DNA from: an uncultured Acidobacteriota bacterium
GTDB taxonomy: Bacteria; Acidobacteriota; Thermoanaerobaculia; Multivoradales; UBA5704
Reading direction: 5' to 3'
Assembly (NCBI GenBank): GCA_963700145.1
Contig: OY969474.1
Span: 928,001 to 992,000 of the forward strand
DNA: 64,000 nt
Part shown: positions 28,493 to 42,302 of the stretch, piece after piece
Numbering within the stretch: the stretch's first letter is position 1
Layout of the letters: the number at the start of each line of letters is the position of its first letter
The notes under the pieces: model-generated
Told to the model about the DNA's origin: nothing
Seen by the model: only the letters and a program-made list of their open reading frames with translations
Databases searched by the model: none
Made by a program: the position numbers and the translations under genes

Positions 28493-28496
<4 letters not shown>
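27828..28496 (-). CDS. Conserved hypothetical protein
   Basis: YFQAIEETFVRLRGAPLLLSPADW...GVPL...INSLRYCKPAV; coupled to coaX. Confidence 0.75.
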
Positions 28497-29310
<814 letters not shown>

Positions 29311-29314
<4 letters not shown>

Positions 29315-30105
29315 GGCTCCACCACCTCCCCCGCCGCCAGCGCCATCTCCTTGCCTCCCGTTTCGAGCCGCAGCCGTCCCAGCGCGTCGAAGCCGCGGAA
29401 GGTCCCCTCGACCTCGCCGTCGGCGGCGCGCAGGCGCAGGCGGTCGCCCGGCGCGTGCTCGCTCATCGCCCGGTAGCGCTCCACCGCCGCCGCGACGTCG
29501 CCGTAGTCCCCGAGCTCCGCGACCACGCCCTCGACCACCGCCCAGGTGAGGGCCGGCAGCGAGACCTCCGGCGCGCCTTCGAGCGCTAGCGAGGTGCCCA
29601 CCCCCGGCGGCAGGTCGTCGCGGCCGTGCGCGCGGTTGACGCCGAAGCCGATGATCGCCGTGGCCTCGTCGCTCCCCGCTCGCAGCCGGCTCTCGACCAG
29701 CACGCCGCCGAGCTTGCGGCCGCCGAAGCGCAGGTCGTTCGGCCACTTCAGGCGACAGGGTGCCGGAAGGAAGGGGCCGAGGGCGCGGCAGAGGCCGACG
29801 CCGGCCAGGAGCGGCAGCGTCGGCAGGGCCGCGACCGGCGCGACCCGGCGCACCAGCGTGGCGTAGACCCCCTTACCGCGCGGGCTCGCCCAGCTCCGCC
29901 CCTGCCGGCCGCGGCCCGCATTCTGCTCGAGGGCGACGATCAAAGCCTCCGGCACCCGCTCGTCCTCCTTCTCGTACTCGCCGGCGATGCGCTGGGCGAG
30001 CGAGTTGGTCGAGCCTACGCGCTCCAGGACGACGAGGTTGGGATCTCCGCCCGGGAGGGGCGGCCGCAGGGCCAGCAGCTCCTCCACGTAGCGGGCGAAG
30101 TCCAT
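29311..30105 (-). CDS. birA: Biotin--acetyl-CoA-carboxylase ligase
   Basis: GSTN, QNAGRGRQGRSWASP, LKWPNDL, KLGGVLVE. Confidence 0.93.
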
Positions 30106-30116
30106 GACCAGACCGG

Positions 30117-32765
30117 CTAGCCGCCCGCGGTGCCGATCGGCTCGAGGGTCGCGAGGATGCGCTCGCGCCGCTCCTTCATCTCCGCGAGGCGGGCGCGGTT
30201 GCCCGCGACGACCTGCGGCGGCGCCTTGGCGGTGAAGCCTTCGTCCCCGAGCCGCCGCTCGGCCTGGCCGATCGCCTCCTCGAGCTTCTCCAGCTCTTTT
30301 TCGAGGCGCCGGCGCTCCTCCTCGCCCAGCTCCTGCGCCGCCGCGCGCGGCAGCGCCACGCCGACGGCCACCCCCTCGACGAGGTCCTGGCGGGCGTCCG
30401 GCGGTGGCGGCGCGAGGTGCAGCGCCTCGGCGCGGCAGAGGAAGCGGATGAGCGGCGCCTGCTCGGCCAGGAAGCGGTCGGTCTCCGGGCCTTTCGTCGC
30501 CCAGACCGCGACCTCCGCCTTGGCCGGCATCCCGCTCTCCGCCCGCAACGCCCGCACCCGCGTTACGACGTCGATCAACGTCCCCACCTGCTCTTCCACC
30601 TCGTCGTCTTCCCACTCCGCCTCGCGGCCCGGATACGGCGCCAGGACGATCGTCTCGGGATGGATGCGCTCGTGCCCCGGCAGGCGCTGCCAGAGCTCCT
30701 CGGTCAGAAACGGCATCACCGGATGGAGGAGGCGGAAGCTGCGGTCGAGGACGGTGAGCAGCACCTCCCCGACGCGCGGCCGCGGCGCCTCCCCGAAGAG
30801 CGCCGGCTTCGCCAGCTCGATGTACCAGTCGCAGAGCTCGCCCCAGAAGAAGTGGTAGAGACGGTGGCAGGCCTCGTCGAAGCGGAAGGTCTCGAGCTTT
30901 TCCCCCACCTCGGCGGCGGTGCGCGAGAGGCGCGACAGGATCCAGCGCTCGGGCACGGCGAGGCCGGCGGTGTCGAGCGCCGGCTGCACCTCCGCCCCTT
31001 CGAGGCGCGAGAGGGCGAAGCGGGTGGCGTTCCAGATCTTGTTGCCGAAGGCACGGTAGCCGGCCATCTGCTCGCGGTGGATCGGGACGTCGCGGCCGGG
31101 GCTGTCGAGCGAAGCGAGGGTGAAGCGGACGGCGTCGGCGCCGTACTCCTCGACCAGGTCCTCGGGGTCGATCACGTTGCCCTTGGTCTTCGACATCTTG
31201 ACGCCTTCGGCGTCGCGCACCAACCCGGTCAGGTGCACGGTGTGGAAGGGGACCCGGTCGGTGAGCTGGAGGCCCATCATCACCATCCGCGCCACCCAGA
31301 AGAACAGGATGTCGAAGCCGGTCACCAGGACGTCCGTCGGGTAGAAGGTGCGGAGATCTTCGGTCTCCTCCGGCCAGCCGAGGGTCGAGAACGGCCAGAG
31401 GGCGGAGGAGAACCAGGTGTCGAGGACGTCGGGGTCCTGGGTCAGCCGCTCGGGCGTGGTCCCGGCCAGCGCCGCCGCCTCCTCGACGTCGTGCGCCACC
31501 CAGACGCGCCCCTCCTCGTCGTACCAGGCCGGGATCTGGTGGCCCCACCAGAGCTGGCGCGAGATGCACCAGGGGCGGATCCCCTCCAGCCAGTGCTCCC
31601 AGGTCTTCTCCCAGGAGTCCGGGACGAGCCGCAAGTCGCCGCCGCGCGTCGCGCCGAGCGCCCGCGCCGCCATCCCGGAGACGTCGCAGAACCACTGCGT
31701 CGAGACCAGCGGCTCGATCGGCTCGCCGCCGCGCTGGCTGTGGCCGACGTTGTGGACGTGGTCCTCGACCTTGACCAGGAGCCCTTCCTCGACCAGGCGC
31801 TTGACCACGCCCTCGCGCGCCTCGAAGCGGTCGCGGCCGGCGAACTCCGCGCCCGCCTCGGGGCTCATGCGGCCGTGGCGGTCGATGACCGTCACGCCGG
31901 GCAGCCCGTGGCGGCGCGCCAGCTCGAAGTCGAACGGGTCGTGGAACGGCGTCACCTTGACCAGACCGCTGCCGAACTCCGGGTCCACCGCCGGGTCGGG
32001 CACGAAGGGCAGCCGCCGGCCGACCAGCGGCAGCACGGCGTGCCGCCCGGCGAGGTGGCGGTAGCGCTCGTCGTCGGGGTGGAAGGCGACGGCGGTGTCG
32101 CCGAGCATGGTCTCGGGGCGGGTGGTCGCCACCACCACCCGCTCGTCGCTCCCCTCGACCGGGTAGGCGACGTGCCAGAGGTGGCCGTGCACGGTGCGCG
32201 ACTCGACCTCGAGGTCGGAGACCGCGGTCTCCAGGACCGGCGACCAGTTGACCAGGTACTCGCCGCGGTGGATCAGCCCTTCACGGTAGAGGCGGACGAA
32301 GGCCTCGCGCACCGCGCGCGACAGCCCTTCGTCGAGCGTGAAGCGCTCGCGGCTCCAGTCGCAGGAGGCGCCCAGCAGGTCGAGCTGGCGGCGGATGCTG
32401 CCGTGGTAGCGCCCCTTCCACTCCCACATCCGCTCGAGGAAGCGCTCGCGCCCCAGGCAGCGGCGCTGGATGCCCTCCTCGCGGAGCTGGCGCTCGACCA
32501 TGAGCTGGGTGGCGATGCCGGCGTGGTCGGTGCCGGGGAGATAGAGGGCCTCGAACCCCTGCATGCGCTTCCAGCGCGTCAGCAGGTCCTGCAGCGTCGT
32601 CTGCAGGGCGTGCCCCATGTGCAGCTTCCCCGTCACGTTGGGGGGCGGGATCATGAGGCAGAACGGGGGCTTCCCTGAGCGCGGGTCCGCCCGGAAGTAG
32701 CCCCCCTCCGCCCAGCGCTGCTGCCAGGCGGCTTCGTAGCTCCGCGGATCGAAGCGCTTGTCCAT
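30117..32765 (-). CDS. valS: Valine--tRNA ligase
   Basis: PPPNVTGKLHMGHAL, TTRPETMLGD, WCISRQLWWGH, KMSKT. Confidence 0.98.
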   Translation of the reverse strand: MDKRFDPRSYEAAWQQRWAEGGYFRADPRSGKPPFCLMIPPPNVTGKLHMGHALQTTLQDLLTRWKRMQGFEALYLPGTDHAGIATQLMVERQLREEGIQRRCLGRERFLERMWEWKGRYHGSIRRQLDLLGASCDWSRERFTLDEGLSRAVREAFVRLYREGLIHRGEYLVNWSPVLETAVSDLEVESRTVHGHLWHVAYPVEGSDERVVVATTRPETMLGDTAVAFHPDDERYRHLAGRHAVLPLVGRRLPFVPDPAVDPEFGSGLVKVTPFHDPFDFELARRHGLPGVTVIDRHGRMSPEAGAEFAGRDRFEAREGVVKRLVEEGLLVKVEDHVHNVGHSQRGGEPIEPLVSTQWFCDVSGMAARALGATRGGDLRLVPDSWEKTWEHWLEGIRPWCISRQLWWGHQIPAWYDEEGRVWVAHDVEEAAALAGTTPERLTQDPDVLDTWFSSALWPFSTLGWPEETEDLRTFYPTDVLVTGFDILFFWVARMVMMGLQLTDRVPFHTVHLTGLVRDAEGVKMSKTKGNVIDPEDLVEEYGADAVRFTLASLDSPGRDVPIHREQMAGYRAFGNKIWNATRFALSRLEGAEVQPALDTAGLAVPERWILSRLSRTAAEVGEKLETFRFDEACHRLYHFFWGELCDWYIELAKPALFGEAPRPRVGEVLLTVLDRSFRLLHPVMPFLTEELWQRLPGHERIHPETIVLAPYPGREAEWEDDEVEEQVGTLIDVVTRVRALRAESGMPAKAEVAVWATKGPETDRFLAEQAPLIRFLCRAEALHLAPPPPDARQDLVEGVAVGVALPRAAAQELGEEERRRLEKELEKLEEAIGQAERRLGDEGFTAKAPPQVVAGNRARLAEMKERRERILATLEPIGTAGG

Positions 32766-32785
32766 CTCGGCGGGGGCGCGCCGCG

Positions 32786-33679
32786 CTACTCGACTTCGCT
32801 CTCGAGCTCGCGCAGGCGCTCCTTGATGACGACCTCCGCGAGGTCCGGGACGACCTCCCAGGCGACGTCCCGGAGCACCCGTTCACTCACCAGCTCGGCC
32901 ACCCGGCGGGCGATGCGCTCGACATCGCCGTCGGAGAGGCCGATCGGGAAGGGGATCTCGCCCTCGTCCACGGCCGACTCGACCGGCGCGGCGGACTCGC
33001 CCGCCGGGGCGCTGGCCGCGGCCTCGGGCGACGGCGATTCCGGCTGCGGCGCCCCGGCCCGCTCCTCCAGCGTGGTCTCGCCGAGCTGCCGGAAACCGAT
33101 CGCGGGGCGGGGCTCGGCCGGCGGGGCCGGCATCGGCATCGTCGGCGCGTCTCCCCAGCGGAAGGGCTCCTCCTCCGGCTCCTCCTCGAGGAACCGGTCG
33201 TCGGGAGGCTGCACCTCGGTCGGCGCCGGCTCCTCCGACTCGAGCGCCAGGCTGGACCACTCCGGCCCCTCGTCGAGCTCCGCTGCCTCCTCGACGGCCG
33301 CCGGCGCCGGGTTGGCGGCCGGGCCGACCAGCTCGCCGACGCGCTCGAGCAGGTCCTGCGAGTCGAACGGCTTCTTGAGGTAGGAATCGGCCCCCGCCTC
33401 GCGGGCTTTCGCCTCGTCGAACGGCTCGAAGGTGCCGACTAGGAGGAGCACCGGCACGTGCGGATGCAGCTCCTTGGCGCGGCGGCAGACCTCGTAGCCG
33501 TTGGCCCCCGGCATGTGGACGTCGGCGAGGACGATGTCCGGGGCTTCGCGGCCGAGCGCGCCGATGGCCTCGTCGCCGTTGCTGACCGCGGTGACCTCGT
33601 AGTCCTCGTCCATGAAGGTCAGCTCGATCACCTTCTGGATGGTGACGCTGTCGTCGGCCAGCAGGATCCTTCGGCTCAT
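32786..33679 (-). CDS. Response regulator receiver protein with acidic linker and conserved C-terminal helix
   Basis: ILLADDS, LADVHMPG, KKPF; C-terminal VAWEVVPDLAE. Confidence 0.85.
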   Translation of the reverse strand: MSRRILLADDSVTIQKVIELTFMDEDYEVTAVSNGDEAIGALGREAPDIVLADVHMPGANGYEVCRRAKELHPHVPVLLLVGTFEPFDEAKAREAGADSYLKKPFDSQDLLERVGELVGPAANPAPAAVEEAAELDEGPEWSSLALESEEPAPTEVQPPDDRFLEEEPEEEPFRWGDAPTMPMPAPPAEPRPAIGFRQLGETTLEERAGAPQPESPSPEAAASAPAGESAAPVESAVDEGEIPFPIGLSDGDVERIARRVAELVSERVLRDVAWEVVPDLAEVVIKERLRELESEVE

Positions 33680-33711
33680 GGTGCCCTCGGCTGGAGGCGG
33701 TCGCGCCGCGG

Positions 33712-34110
33712 CTAGGCCGCCAGGCGCCCGCGCAGGTAGTCGATGATCTGGCGCGTCGAAGTGCCGGGGAGGAAGAAGGCGTCGATGCCGGCGGTGCGCA
33801 GGCCCGGGATGTCCTGCTCGGGGATGATGCCACCGCAGAAGACGAGGACGTCGTCGGCCCCCTGCTCGCGCAGCAGGCGGGTGATCTCGGGGAGCAGGCT
33901 GTTGTGGGCGCCGGAGAGGATCGAGAGGCCCACGGCGTCCACGTCCTCCTGCACCGCGGCGGCGGCGATCTGCTCCGGCGTCTGGCGCAGGCCGGTGTAG
34001 ATCACCTCGTACCCCGCGTCGCGCAGCGCCCGCGCCACCACCTTCGCCCCCCGATCGTGCCCGTCGAGCCCCGGCTTGGCGATCAGGATGCGGTACCTCC
34101 GCTCGCTCAT
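33712..34110 (-). CDS. Cobalamin-binding small subunit of acyl-CoA mutase (IcmB-like)
   Basis: [14 protein letters not shown] (DxHxxG), [14 protein letters not shown]. Confidence 0.92.
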   Translation of the reverse strand: MSERRYRILIAKPGLDGHDRGAKVVARALRDAGYEVIYTGLRQTPEQIAAAAVQEDVDAVGLSILSGAHNSLLPEITRLLREQGADDVLVFCGGIIPEQDIPGLRTAGIDAFFLPGTSTRQIIDYLRGRLAA

Positions 34111-34139
34111 CAGGCGAGGGATTGTATCAGGGCGGCGGC

Positions 34140-34565
34140 TCAGCTTTTGGTCACCTGGAGGACGGCGCGGTACTCGCCGCGGGTGACGCGCAGCCCCGAG
34201 GTCTGCTCGGGACGGAGCGCCACCAGCCGGACGGTGTAGCCGGCGTGCGTGGCCTCCTTGGGGCCGACGGTGGTGTTGAGCTCGACGGTCTGCGCGTCGC
34301 CGCCGGCGGCGAGGCGCAGGCGCGCCACGGCGTTGCCGGCGGTGATGCACTGGACATCGACCGGGCAGCGCGAGTCCTCGGGCACGCCGTCGAAGCGCAC
34401 CTCGAGCGCGCCGCCGTCGATCACCGTGCGCTGGCCGATGGCGAGCGTCACGTCCTCGCCGAGAGTGGCCTGCTGCACGCCGCCGTCGCCGCCCGACGGC
34501 GTGCCGGCGCAGGCGAGAAGGAGAAAAGGGATGAGGAAAGCCGGGAGATTGGAGAGGTTGGCCAT
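34140..34565 (-). CDS. Hypothetical lipoprotein
   Basis: Lipobox LLLAC; [15 protein letters not shown] motif. Confidence 0.75.
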   Translation of the reverse strand: MANLSNLPAFLIPFLLLACAGTPSGGDGGVQQATLGEDVTLAIGQRTVIDGGALEVRFDGVPEDSRCPVDVQCITAGNAVARLRLAAGGDAQTVELNTTVGPKEATHAGYTVRLVALRPEQTSGLRVTRGEYRAVLQVTKS

Positions 34566-34573
34566 GGCGGACC

Positions 34574-35077
34574 TCACGCGTGTTGAATGAAGTAGTACAC
34601 GAGGTCGGTCTTCGGCGGCGCGTAGCCCATCTGGCGCAGCATCGAGACGACCTGGCCGCGGTGGTAGCTGGTGTGGTTGACCAGGTGGACGACGGGCTCC
34701 CAGAGCGGCCGCGTGTAGGTGGTGCCCTCGGTCGTCGTCCAGGTGATCGGCGCGGCGAGCTGCTCGTCGGTCAGGGCGGCCAGGAAGGCGTTGACGCCGG
34801 CGGCGTTCTCCTCCCAGCCGGCGATCCAGGACGGCAGGTCGGGGTAGTCCTGCAGCGACGGCACGCGGGCGAGCGGCGGCTGGCCGGAGAAGCGCGACAT
34901 CCACATGCGCTGCGCGCCGAGCATGTGCGCCATGGTGCCGAGCAGCGAGCCGAAGCTGGTGCCGGTGTCGCGCGTCAGGTCCTCGGCGCTGACCGGCCGC
35001 ACCGCCGCCAGGGTGTGGCGGTCGGCCCAGAGCATGTAGAGGAGGAGGTCGCGGGCCGCGCCGGCGGAGATGCTCAT
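34574..35077 (-). CDS. DinB family protein
   Basis: [28 protein letters not shown]. Confidence 0.9.
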   Translation of the reverse strand: MSISAGAARDLLLYMLWADRHTLAAVRPVSAEDLTRDTGTSFGSLLGTMAHMLGAQRMWMSRFSGQPPLARVPSLQDYPDLPSWIAGWEENAAGVNAFLAALTDEQLAAPITWTTTEGTTYTRPLWEPVVHLVNHTSYHRGQVVSMLRQMGYAPPKTDLVYYFIQHA

Positions 35078-35081
35078 GCGC

Positions 35082-36824
<1,743 letters not shown>

Positions 36825-36926
36825 GGGCGTCCTCCTGCGGCTCCCCAGTATAGAACGACGGTCGCAATAAACCCCGGGGCCGCAGCGGTTCTAGGCTCGA
36901 AGTCCCACGGAGAGAGGAACCTCGCC

Positions 36927-38009
36927 ATGAGCCATCCGTCGTCGCCCTTCGCCGCCGCTCTGCTCGCCGCCCTGCTCGCGGCCGGCGCGTCCGCCTTCGC
37001 CCAGACGCCGCCTCCGGCCCCCCCGGCCGAAACACCGCCGCCGCCCGCGGCCCAGCCGCCGCAGCCCGAGGCGCAGCCGCCGGCCGCCACGCCGGCGCCG
37101 GCGGCGCCCGCCCAGCCCGAGCCGCTCGCGCCCGAGAAGCTGCCCGCCGTGGTCGCCAAGGTCAACGGCCAGGAGATCAAGAAGGACGAGCTGCTCGCCC
37201 AGGTCAAGGGGGCGCCCGGCACGGTGGAAGGCGGGCTCAACGCCGCCTACGCGCGCCAGGTGCTCGACACCCTGATCGCCCGCACCCTGCTGCGCCAGGA
37301 GGCGCTCGCACAGGGGGTGACGGTGACCGACGAGGAGGTCAAGAAGGAGGTGGACTCCCTGCGCGGGCAGTTCCCCTCCCCCGAGGCCTTCGCGCAGGCG
37401 CTGGCGGCCGAGGGGATGAACGAGGAGCAGCTCCTCGCCCGCGCCCGCCAGGAGTTCCTGGTGCAGAAGTACGTCGAGAGCAAGGTCGCCCCCAAGGTGA
37501 CGGTGACCGACGAGTCAGCGAAGGCCTTCTACGACCAGAACCAGGACCGGATGAAGACCCCCGAGCGGCTCCACCTGCGGCACATCCTGGTCGGGTTCGA
37601 GCCCACCGCCACGCCCGAGGACAAGCAAAAGGCCAAGAGCGAGGCCGACGAGGTGCTTGCCAAGGTCAAGGCCGGCGGCGACTTCGCCGCGCTGGCCAAG
37701 GAGCACTCCGACGACCCGGGCTCGAAGGAGACCGGGGGCGACCTCGCCTGGATCGCCGCCGGGCAGACCGTCGAGCCTTTCGAGAAGGCCGCCTTCGCGC
37801 TCAAGGACCAGGAGGTGAGCGGCGTCGTCGAGACCCGCTTCGGCTACCACGTCATCCAGAGGCTCGAAACCCAGCCCGCCGGGGTGATGCCCTTCGACGA
37901 GGTCAAGGAGCGCATCCGCCAGTTCCTCAAGCAGCGCGACACCCAGCAGGCCCTGCAGGCCGAGATCCAGGCGCTGCGCGCCAAGGGGAAGGTCGAAACC
38001 TTTATCTAA
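36927..38009 (+). CDS. PpiC/SurA-type peptidylprolyl isomerase
   Basis: Signal peptide, VVAKVNG, RHILV, DFAALAKEHSDD, GGDL, FEKAAF, FGYHVI. Confidence 0.92.
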   Translation: MSHPSSPFAAALLAALLAAGASAFAQTPPPAPPAETPPPPAAQPPQPEAQPPAATPAPAAPAQPEPLAPEKLPAVVAKVNGQEIKKDELLAQVKGAPGTVEGGLNAAYARQVLDTLIARTLLRQEALAQGVTVTDEEVKKEVDSLRGQFPSPEAFAQALAAEGMNEEQLLARARQEFLVQKYVESKVAPKVTVTDESAKAFYDQNQDRMKTPERLHLRHILVGFEPTATPEDKQKAKSEADEVLAKVKAGGDFAALAKEHSDDPGSKETGGDLAWIAAGQTVEPFEKAAFALKDQEVSGVVETRFGYHVIQRLETQPAGVMPFDEVKERIRQFLKQRDTQQALQAEIQALRAKGKVETFI

Positions 38010-38085
38010 GCAACGGGGATACACTGGGGGAGGTGTCCGCGATGACGCGGCCCCGATCGGGCCCTCCCGGCCCAGGAGGTGCGGC

Positions 38086-38598
38086 ATGCAGCGATCCCTT
38101 CCCCTCGCAGTCCTCCTCACCCTGCTCGTCGCAACCGGCGCCGCGTCTGCCGCCGAGGTCCACCTGGCCACCACTCTCCGCGGCTTCGAAGAGGTGCCCG
38201 TCGTCTCCAGCGCCGCAGGCGGCACGTTCACGGCTACCCTGAGCGACGACCGCACGAGCATCGACTACGAGGTCAACTACACCCTCAGCGGCCACGTCAC
38301 GCAGGCCCACATCCACATCGGGCAGAAAGACGTCAACGGCGGCATCATGATCTGGCTCTGCTCGAACCTGGCGAGCCCGCCGACGCCGCCGGGGACGCAG
38401 GCCTGTCCCGACTCGCCCGGCACCATCCACGGCACGATCACGGCCGCCAACGTGGTCGGTCCCGGCGGCCAGGGAATCTCGCCCGGCGAGTTCTTCGAGG
38501 CCCAGCGCGCCATCCTGCGCGGCGTGGCCTACGCCAACGTCCACAGCGACCTCTTCCCAGGGGGCGAGATCCGGGGGCAGATCCAGGTAGTGCCCTAG
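38086..38598 (+). CDS. Secreted CHRD domain protein
   Basis: LRGFEEVP, AHIH, YANVHS..FPGGEIRGQI. Confidence 0.9.
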   Translation: MQRSLPLAVLLTLLVATGAASAAEVHLATTLRGFEEVPVVSSAAGGTFTATLSDDRTSIDYEVNYTLSGHVTQAHIHIGQKDVNGGIMIWLCSNLASPPTPPGTQACPDSPGTIHGTITAANVVGPGGQGISPGEFFEAQRAILRGVAYANVHSDLFPGGEIRGQIQVVP

Positions 38599-38606
38599 GC
38601 GCCCGG

Positions 38607-39896
38607 TCAGTCCTCGTCTGCGAAGTCTCCGATGGCCAGCTGGCGCGGCGTCGTGTCGAGCCCTTCCAGCAGCTCGATCTCCTCGCCGGTCGCCGCGCCC
38701 AGCTCCTTGAAGCGGCGGGCAGCGGGGAAGACGCGGGTCTCGAGCGACCCGACCGCCTGGTTGTAGCTCTCGACCGCCCGTTCTAGGCCGCGCTTCATGC
38801 CGACGAAGTGGCCGGCGAGGGTGCGCAGCCGCTCGTAGAGCTGGCGGCCGAGGTCGCTGATCGCCCGCGCGTTCTCCTCGACCTGCTCCTGCCGCCAGCC
38901 GTAGGCGACGGCGCGGAGCAGAGCGATGAGCGTCGTCGGAGTGGCGAGGATCACCTTCTGCTCGACCCCCACCTCGATGAGGCTCGGGTCCTGCTCGAGG
39001 GCGGCGCTGAAGAAGGTCTCGCCGGGTAGGAAGAGCACCACGAACTCCGGCGCCGGATCGAACTGGCTCCAATAGCTCTTCAAGGAGAGCTTGCCGAGGT
39101 GGGCGCGGATCTGGCGCGCGTGGTCGCGCAGCCGCGCCCGCCGCACCTCCTCGTCCGGCGCCTCGAGGGCGTCGAGGTAGGCCTCGAGCGGCGCCTTCGA
39201 GTCCACGACCACGTGCTTGCGATTCGGCAGGCGGATGAGCAGGTCGGGGCGGAGGCGCCCCTCCTCCGTCGTCACCGAGGGCTGCGGGGAGAAGTCGCAG
39301 TAGGCGATCATCCCCGCCATCTCCACCACCCGTTGGAGCTGGATCTCCCCCCAGCGGCCGCGCGTCGCCGGGGCGCGCAGCGCCGAGACCAGCCGGCCGG
39401 TCTCCCGCTGCAGGTCGGCCTGGCTGGCGGTCAGGGTCTGCAGGTGCTCGGCGAGGCCGCTGTAGGCCACCACCCGCGCCGTCTCGATCTCCTGCAGCCG
39501 CTGGTCCACCCGCTGCAGCGAGTCCTTGAGCGGCAGCACGAGCTGGTCGATCGCCTGCTGGCGCAGCTCGAGGTCGCCGCGCGCCTCCTGCTGGTAGGCC
39601 TCGAGCGCCGTCTTGGCGAGGCGGAGGAAGTCGTCGCCGCTGTTGCGGAGGGCCTCGGCCGAGAGCGCTTTGAAGGCGTCGGAGAGCTTGCGCTCGGCGT
39701 CGTCGAGGACGGCCAGCTTCTCCGCCGCGCCCTCGCGCTCCTTCTCGATCGTGGTCTCGAGCCGCGCGACGTCGGCCTGGAGGCGCCCGCGCTCCTCGCG
39801 CAGCCGGGCCAGAGCCCGCTCGCGGACGACCCACGCGGCGAGCGCGCCGAGGGCCGCCGCCGCGGCGACGGCGAGGAGGAGGGTCAGCGCGTCCAC
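38607..39896 (-). CDS. rmuC: DNA recombination protein RmuC
   Basis: RGRWGEIQL, RPDLLIRLP, VVDSKAPL, FVVLFLPGE, ATPTTLIALL. Confidence 0.93.
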   Translation of the reverse strand: MDALTLLLAVAAAAALGALAAWVVRERALARLREERGRLQADVARLETTIEKEREGAAEKLAVLDDAERKLSDAFKALSAEALRNSGDDFLRLAKTALEAYQQEARGDLELRQQAIDQLVLPLKDSLQRVDQRLQEIETARVVAYSGLAEHLQTLTASQADLQRETGRLVSALRAPATRGRWGEIQLQRVVEMAGMIAYCDFSPQPSVTTEEGRLRPDLLIRLPNRKHVVVDSKAPLEAYLDALEAPDEEVRRARLRDHARQIRAHLGKLSLKSYWSQFDPAPEFVVLFLPGETFFSAALEQDPSLIEVGVEQKVILATPTTLIALLRAVAYGWRQEQVEENARAISDLGRQLYERLRTLAGHFVGMKRGLERAVESYNQAVGSLETRVFPAARRFKELGAATGEEIELLEGLDTTPRQLAIGDFADED

Positions 39897-39900
39897 TGCC

Positions 39901-41088
39901 TCAGCCCTTGAGGACCTGCCGGGCGATGACCAGCCGCTGCATCTCGCTGGTCCCTTCGTAGATCGTCGTGACGCGCACGTCGCGGTAGAGGCGGGAGATC
40001 TCGTAGTCGGCGTGGAAGCCGTTGCCGCCGTGGATCTGGAGGCTCTCGGCGCAGGCGCGGTTGGCCGCCTCGCTGGCGTAGAGCTTGGCCTGGGCGGCGA
40101 GGCGGCCGGCCTCCCGGGCGTGCTCGCGCGCGGCCGCCGAGTGGGTGAGGGCGCGGGCGGCGGCGAGCTCGGTCGCGGTCTGGGCGAGCTTGAACTGGAT
40201 CGCCTGGTGCTCGGCGATGGGACGGCCGAACTGCACCCGGTCGCGCGCGTACTCGGCGGCCAGCTCGAGGGCGCGGCGGTGGATGCCGACGGCCTGGGCG
40301 GCGATGCCGAGCCGCGAATGGTCGAGGGTGGCGAGGGCGATCTTGAACCCCTCGCCTTCGGCGCCCAGGAGGTTGCCGGCCGGGACGCGGCAGCCGGTGA
40401 AGACGAGCGGGGCGGTGCGCGAGGCGCGGAGCCCCAGCTTCTCCTCCGGCGCGCCGACCGCGAAGCCCGGCGCGTCCGCCGGTACGACGAACGCCGACAG
40501 CCCGCGCTTGCCGGCCGCCGGATCGGTCCGCGCCACGACGACGTAGTAGCGCGCGTATCCCGCGTTGGTGATCCAGGCCTTCTCACCGTCGAGCACCCAG
40601 GCGTCGCCGTCCCGCACCGCCTTGGTGCGCAGGCTCCCCGCGTCGCTTCCCGAGGAGGGCTCGGTCAAGCCGAAGCCGCCGAGGGCGCCGCCGGCCAGCT
40701 CCGGCAGCACCCGCCGCCGCAGCTCGTCGCCGCCGAAGTGCTGGATCGGCCAGCAGCAGACCGAGTTGGTGACGGAGACCGTCACCGCCGTCGCCGGGCA
40801 GACGCGCGCCAGCTCCTCGATCGCCAGGACGTAGGTCAGGGCGTCGAGCCCGGCGCCCCCCCACCGCTCCTCGACCAGCATGCCGAGCAGCCCCAGCTCC
40901 CCGAGCTCGGCGATCAGCTCCTCGGGGAAGCGGTGCTCGCGGTCGCGCTCGGCGGTGCCGGGGCGGATGCGCTCCTCGGCGAAACGGCGGACCTGCTCGA
41001 CCAGGAGCTCCTGGTCTTCCGTCAGCGCGAAGTCGAGGCCGGGGGCGGTGGGCGCGGGGGCTGGGGCGGTGGGGGCTGCGATGGCCAT
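39901..41088 (-). CDS. Acyl-CoA dehydrogenase
   Basis: FGLTEPSSGSDA, GEKAWITN, R.QFGRPI, IYEGTSEMQR. Confidence 0.93.
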   Translation of the reverse strand: MAIAAPTAPAPAPTAPGLDFALTEDQELLVEQVRRFAEERIRPGTAERDREHRFPEELIAELGELGLLGMLVEERWGGAGLDALTYVLAIEELARVCPATAVTVSVTNSVCCWPIQHFGGDELRRRVLPELAGGALGGFGLTEPSSGSDAGSLRTKAVRDGDAWVLDGEKAWITNAGYARYYVVVARTDPAAGKRGLSAFVVPADAPGFAVGAPEEKLGLRASRTAPLVFTGCRVPAGNLLGAEGEGFKIALATLDHSRLGIAAQAVGIHRRALELAAEYARDRVQFGRPIAEHQAIQFKLAQTATELAAARALTHSAAAREHAREAGRLAAQAKLYASEAANRACAESLQIHGGNGFHADYEISRLYRDVRVTTIYEGTSEMQRLVIARQVLKG

Positions 41089-41102
41089 CGGGGCCGGCGC
41101 CG

Positions 41103-42248
41103 TCAGGCGCGGTTCAAGACCCAATCGGCGATCACCATCTTCTGGATCTCGCTCGTGCCCTCGTAGATCTCGGTGATGCGGGCGTCGCGGAAGTAGCGCT
41201 CGACGTTGTACTCCTTGGTGTAGCCGTAGCCGCCGTGGATCTGGAGCGCCTTGTTGGTCACCCGCTGCGCCATCTCGGAGGCGAAGAGCTTGGCCTGCGC
41301 CGCCTCCAGGGTGAAGCGCTTGCCGGCGTCCTTGGCCCAAGCGGCCTTCCAGGTGAGGAGGCGGGCGGCGTCGAGCTCGGTCTGCATGTCGGCGAGATAG
41401 AACTGAATGGCCTGGAACTCGGCGAGCTTCTGGTTGAACTGCTCGCGCTGCTGGGCGTAAGCGAGCGCTTCCTCGAAGGCGCCCTGGGCGATCCCCACCG
41501 CCTGGGCCGCGATGCCGATGCGGCCGCCGTCGAGGGTGCTCATCGCCACCTTGAAGCCTTCGCCCTCGGCACCCAGCCGCTGCCGCGCCGGCACCCGCAT
41601 GTCGGTGAAGGCGAGCTCCGTGGTGCCCGAGGCGTTGACGCCGAGCTTGAACTCGTGGGTGCCGTGGGAGTAGCCGGGGGTGTCGGCGGGGACGATGAAG
41701 GCGGTGATCCCCTTGTGCCGCTTCGCCAGGTCGATGCTGGCGAAGACCAGGGCGACGTCGGCGTCGGTGCCGTTGGTGATGAAGACTTTGTTGCCGTTGA
41801 GGACGTAGTCGTCGCCGTCGCGGACGGCGGTCGAGCGGAGGCCGGCGGCGTCGCTCCCGGCGCCCGGCTCGGTGAGGGCGAAGCAGCCGAGCTTCTCGCC
41901 GCGCGCCAGCGGCGCCAGGAACTCCTGCTTCTGCTCCTCGCTGCCGAACTTGAGCAGCGGGTCGCAGACCAGCGAGTTGTTGACCGAGAGGATGACGCCG
42001 GAGGTGGCGCAGACCCGGCTCACCTCCTCGATCGCCAGGCAATAGGAGACGGTGTCCATGCCGGCGCCACCGTACTCCTCGGGGACGGTGACGCCGGCGA
42101 GCCCCAGCTCCCCCGCCTGGTCGTAGAAGGAGCGCGGGAACTCGCCCGTCTCGTCGATCTCCTTGGCGCGCGGCGCCACCACCTCTTCGGCGAAGCGGCG
42201 CACGTTCTCGCGCAGCAGCTTGTGCTCTTCGGTCAGCTCGATCTGCAT
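41103..42248 (-). CDS. Acyl-CoA dehydrogenase (butyryl-CoA dehydrogenase-like)
   Basis: [40 protein letters not shown]. Confidence 0.94.
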   Translation of the reverse strand: MQIELTEEHKLLRENVRRFAEEVVAPRAKEIDETGEFPRSFYDQAGELGLAGVTVPEEYGGAGMDTVSYCLAIEEVSRVCATSGVILSVNNSLVCDPLLKFGSEEQKQEFLAPLARGEKLGCFALTEPGAGSDAAGLRSTAVRDGDDYVLNGNKVFITNGTDADVALVFASIDLAKRHKGITAFIVPADTPGYSHGTHEFKLGVNASGTTELAFTDMRVPARQRLGAEGEGFKVAMSTLDGGRIGIAAQAVGIAQGAFEEALAYAQQREQFNQKLAEFQAIQFYLADMQTELDAARLLTWKAAWAKDAGKRFTLEAAQAKLFASEMAQRVTNKALQIHGGYGYTKEYNVERYFRDARITEIYEGTSEIQKMVIADWVLNRA

Positions 42249-42302
42249 GCGGCGATGGTATGCGCCGGTCGCCGGGAGGGTCAAGGAACTAGAATCCTCG
42301 CC